Positions 29,158 through 37,841 of a DNA stretch of 64,000 nt are shown here, in pieces. The position numbers and the translations under genes were made by a program. The DNA is from an uncultured delta proteobacterium (lineage in GTDB: Bacteria > Desulfobacterota > Desulfobaccia > Desulfobaccales > 0-14-0-80-60-11): NCBI GenBank assembly GCA_963812015.1, contig CAWETI010000002.1, forward strand, positions 608,001 through 672,000. Direction: 5' to 3'. Under the pieces are notes generated by a model. It ran no database searches. It was given only the letters and a program-made list of their open reading frames with translations, and was not told the DNA's origin. Positions within the stretch are counted from its first letter, which is position 1. Each line of letters begins with the position of its first letter.

Positions 29158-31002
29158 TTAGGAGCGAATCACTGATTGCAGAAATTCCTCCAGACCCTTG
29201 ATGCAAGTCATATCGCGGTAGAGCCTGCCCTTAGTTGCTGCAATTTTCTGGCTTATTTGCTCCCGCCAGCTCTCGTCCAGGGCAAGACGCGCGGCCACCG
29301 CCACGTATTCTTCCAAGCTGGTGACGATGGTCTCCGTGACGCCCATCATGGTCAAAAAAGCCATACTGTGCCTTCCCCGCATAAGATTCCCGGGCAGCGT
29401 AACCACGGGCAGGTCACAGGCAAGGGCTTCTAAGGTGGTGTTGCCTCCGGACCATCCAATGCTGTCCAGGAAGATGTCGGACAGGCAATTCAGGGCGTGA
29501 TATTGCGTTGAATCCAGCCGCGGTAAAAGGGTAACATAATCTTCGGAATTTAAGCCATAATTCCCGAATGCCTGATGCAGACGCCGCTGAAATTGGTTAT
29601 TTACGAAAACCGAGTCTCCTTGAATAAAGGCGAATTGACAGTTGCCTACTGCTTTGGCGAGTTGCGGGAAGACGGCATCGTATTGCGGCAGATACTTGAA
29701 TAGGGACTGTGGGCAAAAAAATAAAATACCATTCGACTTAAGGTCGAAACTGGCCCGGCTCAGCCCAGTCTCCGGGAATTCCCGGGGGCTGTAAAATGTG
29801 GAGAGATTGGGCAATTTCACCAGTTTTTCGGTGTAATGCGCTTCAGCTCCCGGAGGCTCCATCAGCTCGCTACTCAGATAGTAGTCCATGGTAGGTAAGC
29901 CTGAGGTAACCGGGTGGCCCCAGGACACGCACTGGATAGGCGCAAGCTTTAATGAAGCCAGCCTGAGAGTCAGGTAATCCATTCCCACTTCAGGATAGAT
30001 CAATATGTGCAGCCGGTCCCCGCGGATCATCCGTGCCAGTTTTGGTAATGAAAAAACGTCTTCCACCAGGCGGACAAAACTCTGCCTCGCCTGCCCGGTT
30101 TCATTGTCCTTTCTAGTTCCTGTGTGGTAGCCGTATAGCTGAAACCGCCGTTTATCTAAATTCTCCCCCCAACCCTTTGCGAGAATCTTCCAAACGGAGT
30201 GTTCCCATAAGAAACCTGAGACAATCCCGACTCGGCAAGGTTCGACCGGATTGGAGGGCGGCATCGAAGGGGCTTGGGCCCATTTCGGGTATCTGGCTGC
30301 CTGAATGCGACAAACCAATTTACCATAGAGACTCTGAAGATCGCGGTCATTGAGTCCCTGATATGCCAAGTAAAAAGGAAAGCAACTCCCCACAGCCTGG
30401 GCCGCCTCCTTAATCTCGGCCGAACTATCTAGCCTGATGGTTTGGCACAGATGCTCCAGTTCCTTTTGATAGCATCTCCGGGTTTGCGCAATCTCGCTCG
30501 CCTGACCGTAAAGAATAGGAGTTTGAGCTATACAAAGATTGAGCCGGGCTCTCACCGAGTCAGGTTTTATAGCCAGGGCCTTTTTTAAACAGTCGAGTGC
30601 CTCTTGCTGTTCTCCTAGGTTAGAGAGAATTGCCCCCAATCTATTGTAATGCTTGGCATTATGAGGATCAAGTTCTATCGCCTTTCTATAGCAAGCGATG
30701 GATAAGCTGGCTAACTTTGGATCTTCGGTTGCCAAAAGAGCCTCCCCTAGTTTACAGTGGGCAGAAACCTTCTTCGGTTTAATTTTAATAGCTTGGCTAT
30801 AACAACGCATAGCCTCAGATAATTTTGCCAGCTCCATTAAAACATCGCCCAGACGAACAAAGGTATCATAGGTTGGTTCTATTTCAATTACTTCGCGGTA
30901 AGTTTTCTCAGCTTCTCGAAAGTTTCCGGATCGGCAGTCTTGCAGAGCTTTTTTTAATCTTTCTCTTATATCAGGTGATAGTTTCCTAATTTCGTGGGAC
31001 AT
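29158..31002 (-). CDS. TPR + GT41-family (OGT/SPINDLY/HMW1C-like) protein glycosyltransferase
   Basis: N-terminal TPRs; RVGIVS..LWEHSV, YPEVGMD, LAPIQCVSWGHPVTSGLPTMDYYLS, QSLFK, DIFLDSIGWSGGNTTLEAL. Confidence 0.88.
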   Translation of the reverse strand: MSHEIRKLSPDIRERLKKALQDCRSGNFREAEKTYREVIEIEPTYDTFVRLGDVLMELAKLSEAMRCYSQAIKIKPKKVSAHCKLGEALLATEDPKLASLSIACYRKAIELDPHNAKHYNRLGAILSNLGEQQEALDCLKKALAIKPDSVRARLNLCIAQTPILYGQASEIAQTRRCYQKELEHLCQTIRLDSSAEIKEAAQAVGSCFPFYLAYQGLNDRDLQSLYGKLVCRIQAARYPKWAQAPSMPPSNPVEPCRVGIVSGFLWEHSVWKILAKGWGENLDKRRFQLYGYHTGTRKDNETGQARQSFVRLVEDVFSLPKLARMIRGDRLHILIYPEVGMDYLTLRLASLKLAPIQCVSWGHPVTSGLPTMDYYLSSELMEPPGAEAHYTEKLVKLPNLSTFYSPREFPETGLSRASFDLKSNGILFFCPQSLFKYLPQYDAVFPQLAKAVGNCQFAFIQGDSVFVNNQFQRRLHQAFGNYGLNSEDYVTLLPRLDSTQYHALNCLSDIFLDSIGWSGGNTTLEALACDLPVVTLPGNLMRGRHSMAFLTMMGVTETIVTSLEEYVAVAARLALDESWREQISQKIAATKGRLYRDMTCIKGLEEFLQSVIRS

Positions 31003-31116
31003 TCAGTTACCTTTTCTATTTAAATTGCATTGAATCTTTTTGCAACATGGGCTGTTAAATAAAGTGCCACCGGAGCTCAATTAGTCTTTTTATGGTCTCC
31101 AACTAGATCAGGATAA

Positions 31117-32949
31117 TCAACACTCAAATTTTGCCAGCCAGTAATTGAGGCTTAAGGGGCGCAGGTTTATCCACAGCCGACCCGGGTCGGTCTCGGTCGT
31201 CGCCGGGGGAACCGCGGCGCGCCGGACATAGGCGGCCAGCCCGTCGCATGGCTCAAAGTTATCCAGCCACCGGGAATCGGGGCGGCGGACCAGGGCCAGT
31301 TCGGGATGGTCGACCATGGGCGTTTTGGGACGGCGGCGGATAAGATCCGGCAGACGCTCCTTGGCCAGTTCCCGGAGCATGATCTTATCCACGCACCAGG
31401 GCAGTGGCGGCAGGCTCAGGGCGTAGGTGAGAAGCCGCACATCCAGCAGGGGATGGCGAAACTCCAGCGGCCCCCCCATAACCCCGGCGTCATACTCCAT
31501 TTCGAAACACCCTTGCAAAAAAGACCCGGCCAGAAAGGCGCAGGCTTCGGGGCGCACCGGGGGCTGGGGCGCCGACCTTCGCTTGAAAAGTTGCCACCGG
31601 GCAGGCAGGTCCAGCCGGGCGCTCAGGTCCGGGTCAAGCCACTGGGGGAACCCGTCCTCAGGCTGGCTCCGGCTGTTGCGAGTGCGCCAGCGATCCAGGG
31701 CGGTCCTGAAACCAACTTGCGGCATATGGCCGTAAAGGAAGAGACTGCGCCCCATTCCCGTTACCAGTGGGGCCAGATGCAGGCTCCGGGCCAACTTGTA
31801 GATATACGATTTGGAGGGGTAAAGAATCTCGTCGCCGCCATGGCCGGTGAGGACTACCCGGCTGTGGATAGCGGCCAGCTTGATCATGTCCAACCCGGCT
31901 GCTGCTCCACGGGGATCGTGGCAGGGCTCCGGTTCGCTCAGGTCGGCCTGGCGCTCAAACAGAGCATAATCATCCTGGGGCAGAAACTCGATAGGGACTT
32001 GCAAATGCCTGGCCACCGCCCCGGCAAAGAAGCGCTCTTCATCTGGGATCAACCGATCGAACACTGCCGTCTGGCAGTGCAGGTCGAAGCGGGGTGACCG
32101 TTCAATCAGCAGTTCCCGGGCCACAGCCGTCACCAGAGGAGAATCCAGCCCGCCGCTGAGATATACCCCTACCCTGTCGGTGCGTAAGCGGTCCGCAACC
32201 GCCTCCCGCAGCAACTCCTGGAACCGGTCCACATAGTCCCGCTGGCGCCGGTAGTGCACGGGGCCTTCCTGAGGCAGGCGCCAGTAGCGCTGCACCTTTA
32301 CGGCGCCCCCTGCCTCCCAGGTCTGGGAGTGGGCCGCGGGCAGGCGCCGGATGTCGACAAAGCTCGTGGTAGCCGGGTCCTGGTTGAATTCAAAGAGGAG
32401 GAAATCGGCGATGACCAGGTCATTGAGCCGGTCGGAAACGTCCGGGTGCTGCCGGATGCAGTTCAGGGTATTGCTGAAAACCAGGCTACGGCCCGTTTCG
32501 GCATAATAGAAGGGCTTGACACCGAAATGATCCCGGGCGCAGAACAGCCGCCGGTGGCGTCCATCCCAGAGGGCGAAGGCAAAATCTCCGATCAGATGTT
32601 GGAGACAGTCGTCCCCCCAGACCTGGTAGGCATGAAGGATCAATTCGACATCGGGGGAATTTTTGGGAACGGCGCAGCCCCGGGCGGCAAGCTGTTTGAC
32701 GAGATCGGCGCGGCCGTCGATACGGGCGTCCGCGGTGATCCACACCTGGCCGTCCAGGGTCAAGGGCTGACAATCCGGCCGGGTGTCATCCACCGTGCGC
32801 AGCAGGGCATGCCCGAGGCCTACTGTGCCCTGGCTCCAGGTCTCCTGGGCATCGGGGCCGCGGAAGGCCAGGAATTCCGTCAGGCGCCCCAGCAACTCCC
32901 GATCCACCGGTTGCCCGTCCAGATTGATGAGGCCCACGATGCCGCTCAT
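31117..32949 (-). CDS. Lasso peptide cyclase (asparagine synthetase-like, protein C)
   Basis: MSGIVG (Ser replaces the Ntn catalytic Cys), RGPD, GDFAFALWD, ARDHFGVKP, LSGGLDS, TGHGGDE, HPLLDVRL. Confidence 0.93.
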   Translation of the reverse strand: MSGIVGLINLDGQPVDRELLGRLTEFLAFRGPDAQETWSQGTVGLGHALLRTVDDTRPDCQPLTLDGQVWITADARIDGRADLVKQLAARGCAVPKNSPDVELILHAYQVWGDDCLQHLIGDFAFALWDGRHRRLFCARDHFGVKPFYYAETGRSLVFSNTLNCIRQHPDVSDRLNDLVIADFLLFEFNQDPATTSFVDIRRLPAAHSQTWEAGGAVKVQRYWRLPQEGPVHYRRQRDYVDRFQELLREAVADRLRTDRVGVYLSGGLDSPLVTAVARELLIERSPRFDLHCQTAVFDRLIPDEERFFAGAVARHLQVPIEFLPQDDYALFERQADLSEPEPCHDPRGAAAGLDMIKLAAIHSRVVLTGHGGDEILYPSKSYIYKLARSLHLAPLVTGMGRSLFLYGHMPQVGFRTALDRWRTRNSRSQPEDGFPQWLDPDLSARLDLPARWQLFKRRSAPQPPVRPEACAFLAGSFLQGCFEMEYDAGVMGGPLEFRHPLLDVRLLTYALSLPPLPWCVDKIMLRELAKERLPDLIRRRPKTPMVDHPELALVRRPDSRWLDNFEPCDGLAAYVRRAAVPPATTETDPGRLWINLRPLSLNYWLAKFEC

Positions 32950-34538
32950 TTTGTGCCCTTTATCGCCCGGTATTTAGCTTTAAAAGCGAGACGTATGTGA
33001 TACCAGGCCCGCTGAACTGCGTTCCCGATATCCCGAGGGATCATCTTAATGGCGGCCCAGACTTCCTGTCTAACCTCGGCCCCTTGCCGCTTTTTCAAGA
33101 AGAGCCGGGCCAAGCGGCTGCGGACCACACAGCCGTCATCACCGGCAGCGATACCCATACGCAGCGATATTATAGCAGTATCAATCTGTCCTTGTGCAGC
33201 ATAAAGCCTACCTAAAATCGTATGTATCCGGAAATGATCGGGGTCCATGAGGAGGGCGCGGTCATTGTGGGAAAAGATGGGAGCCCCTATGGGCAGATAG
33301 CCCCGCAGGCTCAAGTGCAGCGATCTTTCGTACGCCTCAATAGCCTCAGGACCTCGACCTCGCTTCGACAGAACCTTTCCCAAGGTGCGCCAGGCATCCA
33401 CCAGATGGTCGTCAAGTTCCAAGGACTTGCGCAGCCAGGCCTCTGCCTCCTGCCACCGCGTGAAACGGGTCGCCAGTTGTCCCAGGCCGAAATGGGCGTA
33501 AGCGTCTTCCGGATTCAAAGTTAGGGTGCGCCGGTGCTCCTGCTCGGCCTCTGGGTAGCGCCGGTCCCAGTAATACCAGAACCCGCCGCTGCCATAAGCG
33601 GTGCCGTAAGCAGGGTCAAGTTCCCGAGCCCGCCGGTGGCACTCCCGGGCGTCGGTTGGTCTCCCCATATCGGCGTAAGCGCCTGCCAGGAGGAATTCGA
33701 GGGCAGGATTGTCCGGGAGAAACTCTCTGGCCTGAAGATAGGTTTGCACAGCCTGGGGCAGGTTCCCCCCAGTCTTGGCTCGGGCTCCCTCCCGCAGCAG
33801 GGTCATCCCTCGCAGAAATGGCTCGTGATCTCGAACCCCATCCAGGCGCCGGGCCAATTCATCGCCCAGATATTTCCACTGCAATGGGGTAAAGCCTCCT
33901 TCCACCGAATAGGCGATGGTCACCAGTTCGGCCTGGATGCCCATGTCCTTGAGGCCGGTCGCCAAAGCGTCGGGCCAGCACCAGGGAAGTCCCCGATGTT
34001 GGTCGCTGGAGTGGCAGGCCTTGGGAATCACCATATAATCCACGTCGATATCTAATAGGACCTTTTCGGTTATCAGGGGCAGGCCCTGCAACGTGCACAC
34101 CCGCAAGGGCCTCCCCAAAATTGCGCCGGCAATCAGATCTCTTTCCGCCTTGAGGGGATGCGGCTTGCCGGGATATTTTGCCAAAATTTTTTGCAAACTC
34201 CGTACCAAAGGCTTGCGGCTTCCGGCATCCCCCAAGGTCCGATCAGGGACCACCCAAAAGATTTCTCTGACCATGCCTTCCTTCAAGGCCTGGCAGATAA
34301 AGTTGCCAATATTGAGGGAAGACCGGTCTGCGCACCAGCTCAGGTCATCATGGGCGTCCACGTGGACCAGAATTTTCTCACGGACTCCGGCATCCTTCCA
34401 AACAAAATAGGCCTGGTCATGGTTTTCCATGAGATGGACACGCTTCAGAAAGGGTTCTACCTGGCTTAAGGCTGACTTTTGCATATCTTTACTGGTCTGC
34501 TGCCCCGATAATTGTGGCTGCATAATGACCGGCCCCAA
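32946..34538 (-). CDS. UPF0489 / arginase-like metallohydrolase domain fused to TPRs
   Basis: ENHDQAY..W, HVDAHDD (DxHxD), LDIDVDY (DxDxD), VTIAYSVEGGFTP, then TPR repeats. ATGA overlap with the cyclase gene. Confidence 0.75.
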   Translation of the reverse strand: MGPVIMQPQLSGQQTSKDMQKSALSQVEPFLKRVHLMENHDQAYFVWKDAGVREKILVHVDAHDDLSWCADRSSLNIGNFICQALKEGMVREIFWVVPDRTLGDAGSRKPLVRSLQKILAKYPGKPHPLKAERDLIAGAILGRPLRVCTLQGLPLITEKVLLDIDVDYMVIPKACHSSDQHRGLPWCWPDALATGLKDMGIQAELVTIAYSVEGGFTPLQWKYLGDELARRLDGVRDHEPFLRGMTLLREGARAKTGGNLPQAVQTYLQAREFLPDNPALEFLLAGAYADMGRPTDARECHRRARELDPAYGTAYGSGGFWYYWDRRYPEAEQEHRRTLTLNPEDAYAHFGLGQLATRFTRWQEAEAWLRKSLELDDHLVDAWRTLGKVLSKRGRGPEAIEAYERSLHLSLRGYLPIGAPIFSHNDRALLMDPDHFRIHTILGRLYAAQGQIDTAIISLRMGIAAGDDGCVVRSRLARLFLKKRQGAEVRQEVWAAIKMIPRDIGNAVQRAWYHIRLAFKAKYRAIKGTK

Positions 34539-34584
34539 GTAATTGGCAAAGCTCCGGCGACTGTCAAGCCTCCAAAGGGCGAAC

Positions 34585-35088
34585 TTAAGGAGCCGCCGGG
34601 GGGATTATTTCCCGAGGGAAAGGGGGAAACCGCCCGGCCACGTTCGCACCGTCATTCAGCGGCTGGCCCTGGAACTCCACCCAGGCGTGGGCTTCCAGGC
34701 GGCTCGGCTCAGGCTTAACGCCGATGCGCAGCTCTCCGGCAAGCCCCTGGCGGCGCAACAGCCACCAGAGGACCAGGGATCGGGGGAGACAGGTGGGCCG
34801 AAAGAGGCCGTAACGGGCTGCAACCTGCACCAGGCGGGCGGTGGCCCGAGCCTGATCCAAGTCCGACTTTAGGGCAGACAGGTGCGGGGCCAGGGCCTCT
34901 CCCTGGTTCAACCTGGCCTGGAGCCGGCAGAGTCCCCAGCAGCGCAGTCCTAAGGCCACCAGGGGGAGCGCCAGGGAAGCCTGGACCAACAACCACCGCT
35001 CGGCCCCGGAAAGCTGCCATGCTTTCTTTAGATTAATTTTCGTGGAGTTCCAGTAATCCACGCTGCACCATCTTGGACACAAAATCAT
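34585..35088 (-). CDS. Lasso peptide leader protease B2 (transglutaminase-like)
   Basis: TCLPRSL, LRIGV, LEAHAWVE (Cys-His-Glu); true start is probably the GTG near 35062. Confidence 0.92.
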   Translation of the reverse strand: MILCPRWCSVDYWNSTKINLKKAWQLSGAERWLLVQASLALPLVALGLRCWGLCRLQARLNQGEALAPHLSALKSDLDQARATARLVQVAARYGLFRPTCLPRSLVLWWLLRRQGLAGELRIGVKPEPSRLEAHAWVEFQGQPLNDGANVAGRFPPFPREIIPPAAP

Positions 35089-35317
35089 CTAGGTCTTGCC
35101 GCAGCAAAGGTGGGTCAACCTCATAGTCTGCCAGCAACTTCTGGTAGGCCGCCTCGATATTCTCGCTGGAGGTCAGAGCCTGGCACATGCGCGTCCCCAC
35201 GCCATCCAGACCGTGGTAGCATTCGGTGTCGAGATTGAGGAGCACAGATTCGTTTTCGAAGGTGCGCATTAAAACATTCACGGGGAAGGTAACCCGCATG
35301 CTCATGGAAAAAGGCAT
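35033..35317 (-). CDS. PqqD-family RiPP recognition element (lasso B1)
   Basis: ESVLLNLDTECYHGLDGVGTRM...LLADYEVD..LRQDLDDFVSKMVQRGLL. Confidence 0.93.
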   Translation of the reverse strand: MPFSMSMRVTFPVNVLMRTFENESVLLNLDTECYHGLDGVGTRMCQALTSSENIEAAYQKLLADYEVDPPLLRQDLDDFVSKMVQRGLLELHEN

Positions 35318-35534
35318 GGTGTCAATTCCTTATATATATTATGCTTGATGTATAATTGCTGTTTTTTAAATTTTTCCCCTTTTCTCCAAAAAGGCTATCT
35401 AAAATATTGCCTTAGGTCAGGGCGTTAATTATATTATCTAAGTATTTAATATTGCTTGATTTTAATAATAAATTTGGGATATTCAAACAAGTTTTTTATA
35501 ATGCTTTATACTACAGATTTAAGGCCACCTCAAC

Positions 35535-36683
35535 ATGTTTCTACCCATGGGCAGTCTCCCAGAGTCTTGGCTGGCGGCATTTACTCTTCTCCGCCCCTTG
35601 TTGCCAGTGATAGAGGAGAGGGATCCTCCGGGGGGGGTAACCACCCTGCGGACTCTGGATGCCACGTGGGTAGAACATTGGCGTGCCTTGCAACTCACCC
35701 CGTTGCTGTACCGCGAACTGGCGCGCCGAGGCTGGGATGCGCAGATTGCGCCCCCATGGTGGTCCACCCTCCGGGATGGCTACGTCCTGGCCTTACAGTC
35801 TGCCTTCCAAGAAGAAGAAGAGATCAAGGAACTCCTGCGAGCCCTAACCAAAGCGGGGGTCACCCCGATTCTTCTTAAAGGCGCCGATCTGCGCCTGCGA
35901 GTTTACGGCGACCCTGCTGTTCGGCCCATGGCTGACCTGGATATCCTGGTGTCGCCGAGCCAAGTCGACCGGGCTCGGGGGGTGCTCGAATCCATGGAGT
36001 TCAGGCTGCAGGCCCAGTGCTTTGATCCACGTCCCGGCTGGCGGGCTCGCTTTCGCAACGAACTTCACTTCGCTCCCCCCCCGGGTTGGCCTCTCCTGAT
36101 CGACCTGCACTGGCAATTATATTATATCTTCCGCTTTTATCACTTGCCTTATACCCGCTTGCAGGAAAAAGCCATCACTTCTGAGTACCAGGGATACCTC
36201 GTAAAGCTACTTTGCCCAGAACACCTAGTGATCCACCTTGCCCTCCACACCTACGCCGAACCCGACAGCGTCCTAAAAATCATTGATCTAGAAGGGGCAC
36301 TTTCCCTTCCCCTAGACTGGCCCTTTTTCCTGGAAGAAGTTGCTCGTTTCAACTGCCAGAGGCCTCTGTATATTATCCTCCTGGGGATATCCCGGCTTTT
36401 TCCCCAAAAAGTGCCTCCCTTTATCCTTGATCACCTGGGCCAATCCCGGCCCGCGTGGGTTGAAAAACTGGTCCTCCGAGAGTCCCTGGGCTACCTGACT
36501 GTTCATGCCGCCACCCTGTACCACCATAGGCGACTCTCAGACTGGTTTTTTTACCTGAAGGCTTTAACCTGGCCGCAAGAAGAATACCTGACAGCAATGT
36601 ATGGAATGCCTGACCGCATTCGTTTTTTTCAACAAATCCTGGCCCACCTGTTTTCCTACGCCAAAAACTGGGGGCCGCATTAA
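35535..36683 (+). CDS. Nucleotidyltransferase family protein (lasso-cluster type)
   Basis: PILLKGADL, YGDPAVRPMADLDILV, IDLHWQL, PEHLVIHLALH; divergent from B1. Confidence 0.88.
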   Translation: MFLPMGSLPESWLAAFTLLRPLLPVIEERDPPGGVTTLRTLDATWVEHWRALQLTPLLYRELARRGWDAQIAPPWWSTLRDGYVLALQSAFQEEEEIKELLRALTKAGVTPILLKGADLRLRVYGDPAVRPMADLDILVSPSQVDRARGVLESMEFRLQAQCFDPRPGWRARFRNELHFAPPPGWPLLIDLHWQLYYIFRFYHLPYTRLQEKAITSEYQGYLVKLLCPEHLVIHLALHTYAEPDSVLKIIDLEGALSLPLDWPFFLEEVARFNCQRPLYIILLGISRLFPQKVPPFILDHLGQSRPAWVEKLVLRESLGYLTVHAATLYHHRRLSDWFFYLKALTWPQEEYLTAMYGMPDRIRFFQQILAHLFSYAKNWGPH

Positions 36684-37040
36684 ATTCTTTCTTCTTAATT
36701 TCTCGTACGCTCAGATAGTAATGGCCATTACAGTCTGGTGTGGATTTTTTTAGTGTGGCAAGGGCTTGGGGCAGGTCATTTGGACTACTTAGCGAGGCCG
36801 TCGAAAAACCTCTTTGAATCTATTGTGATTTACTTTTGAGAGAGTTTTTAGGCGAAAAATCCCTACGACCTTTCTGATCTCTATCTTCTCTTATCATCGG
36901 TGGCTTCCCTGAGTCTCACCTGCCCCCAGCCTACACATATGCAAGCCCATAGTTCAGGACCTTTGCTATATTATGAACCAGGCAGTACAAGCAGCCAGTG
37001 GATATTCACCTTGATCTTACCTCTTAACGTGAACCGGTCT

Positions 37041-37640
37041 AACAGGATGTTGAAAAACTCGTTTGTTAAGAACCCCAAAGAATCGCTGTCTATAAAACCA
37101 TAAAGCTTTTATAGTTAATGATAACAAAAGGTTATCTGGAGGCAGCGATTATGCGCGGTGACGATATGCAGCAGCAAGCCATGTTCAGCTACCTTTCCCC
37201 TGAAGCTCGAGTGCCCCAGGATCATCCCCTCAGACCCATCCGGAACATGGTGAATCAAGCTTTGGCTGAGCTGGCCGGGGAGTTCCAGGCCATGTATTCC
37301 CGGGAGGGTCGCCCTTCCATCGCCCCGGAGAAGCTGCTGCGCGCCTTATTGCTCCAGGTCCTTTACACCATTCGCAGCGAACGGCTCTTGATGGAGCAGT
37401 TGGATTAAAATCTCCTGTTTCGCTGGTTCGTTGGCCTGTCCATGGACGACAATGTCTGGGACCATTCCGTCTTCTCTAAGAATCGGGAGCGCTTTCTCCG
37501 TTCGGACCTGGCCGCGGCCTTTTTCGGACGCATCCACGAGCAGGCGGCCCAGGCCGGACTGTTGTCGGACGAGCATTTCACCGTGGACGGCACCCTCATT
37601 GAGGCCTGGGCTTCCCTGAAGAGTTTCCGGCCCAAAGACA
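37041..37640 (+). mobile_element. Truncated IS5-like transposase pseudogene
   Basis: MRGDDMQQQAMFSYLSPEARVPQDHPLR...GRPSIAPEKLLRALLLQVLYTIRSERLLMEQLD*NLLFRWFVGL...HFTVDGTLIEAWASLKSFRPKD; in-frame TAA at 37406. Confidence 0.85.
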
Positions 37641-37841
37641 CTCTGATTTTGGGCATACCTCACCCGTCAAGAAGGTGCAGAACGAACGGGAGGGAGATAT
37701 TAACCGGGGCTGGCCCGCAGGCCCGGCCGAGGGCCGAAGCATCTCTATAAGAGTTAATCAGTTCCCATATTTCTGCCATTCTATCAATCCTTGGCACCTG
37801 ACCTGAGTCCCTGGCAGGGATATTATCAACTCCTTTCATTA

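Noticed and set aside
31117..32949. Housekeeping or EPS-amidating asparagine synthetase (asnB)
   Set aside because: Lacks the N-terminal catalytic Cys (MSGIVG) and is clustered with B1, B2 and a precursor.
35033..35317. PQQ biosynthesis gene
   Set aside because: No pqqB/C/E nearby; it overlaps the B2 protease gene, so it is the lasso RRE.
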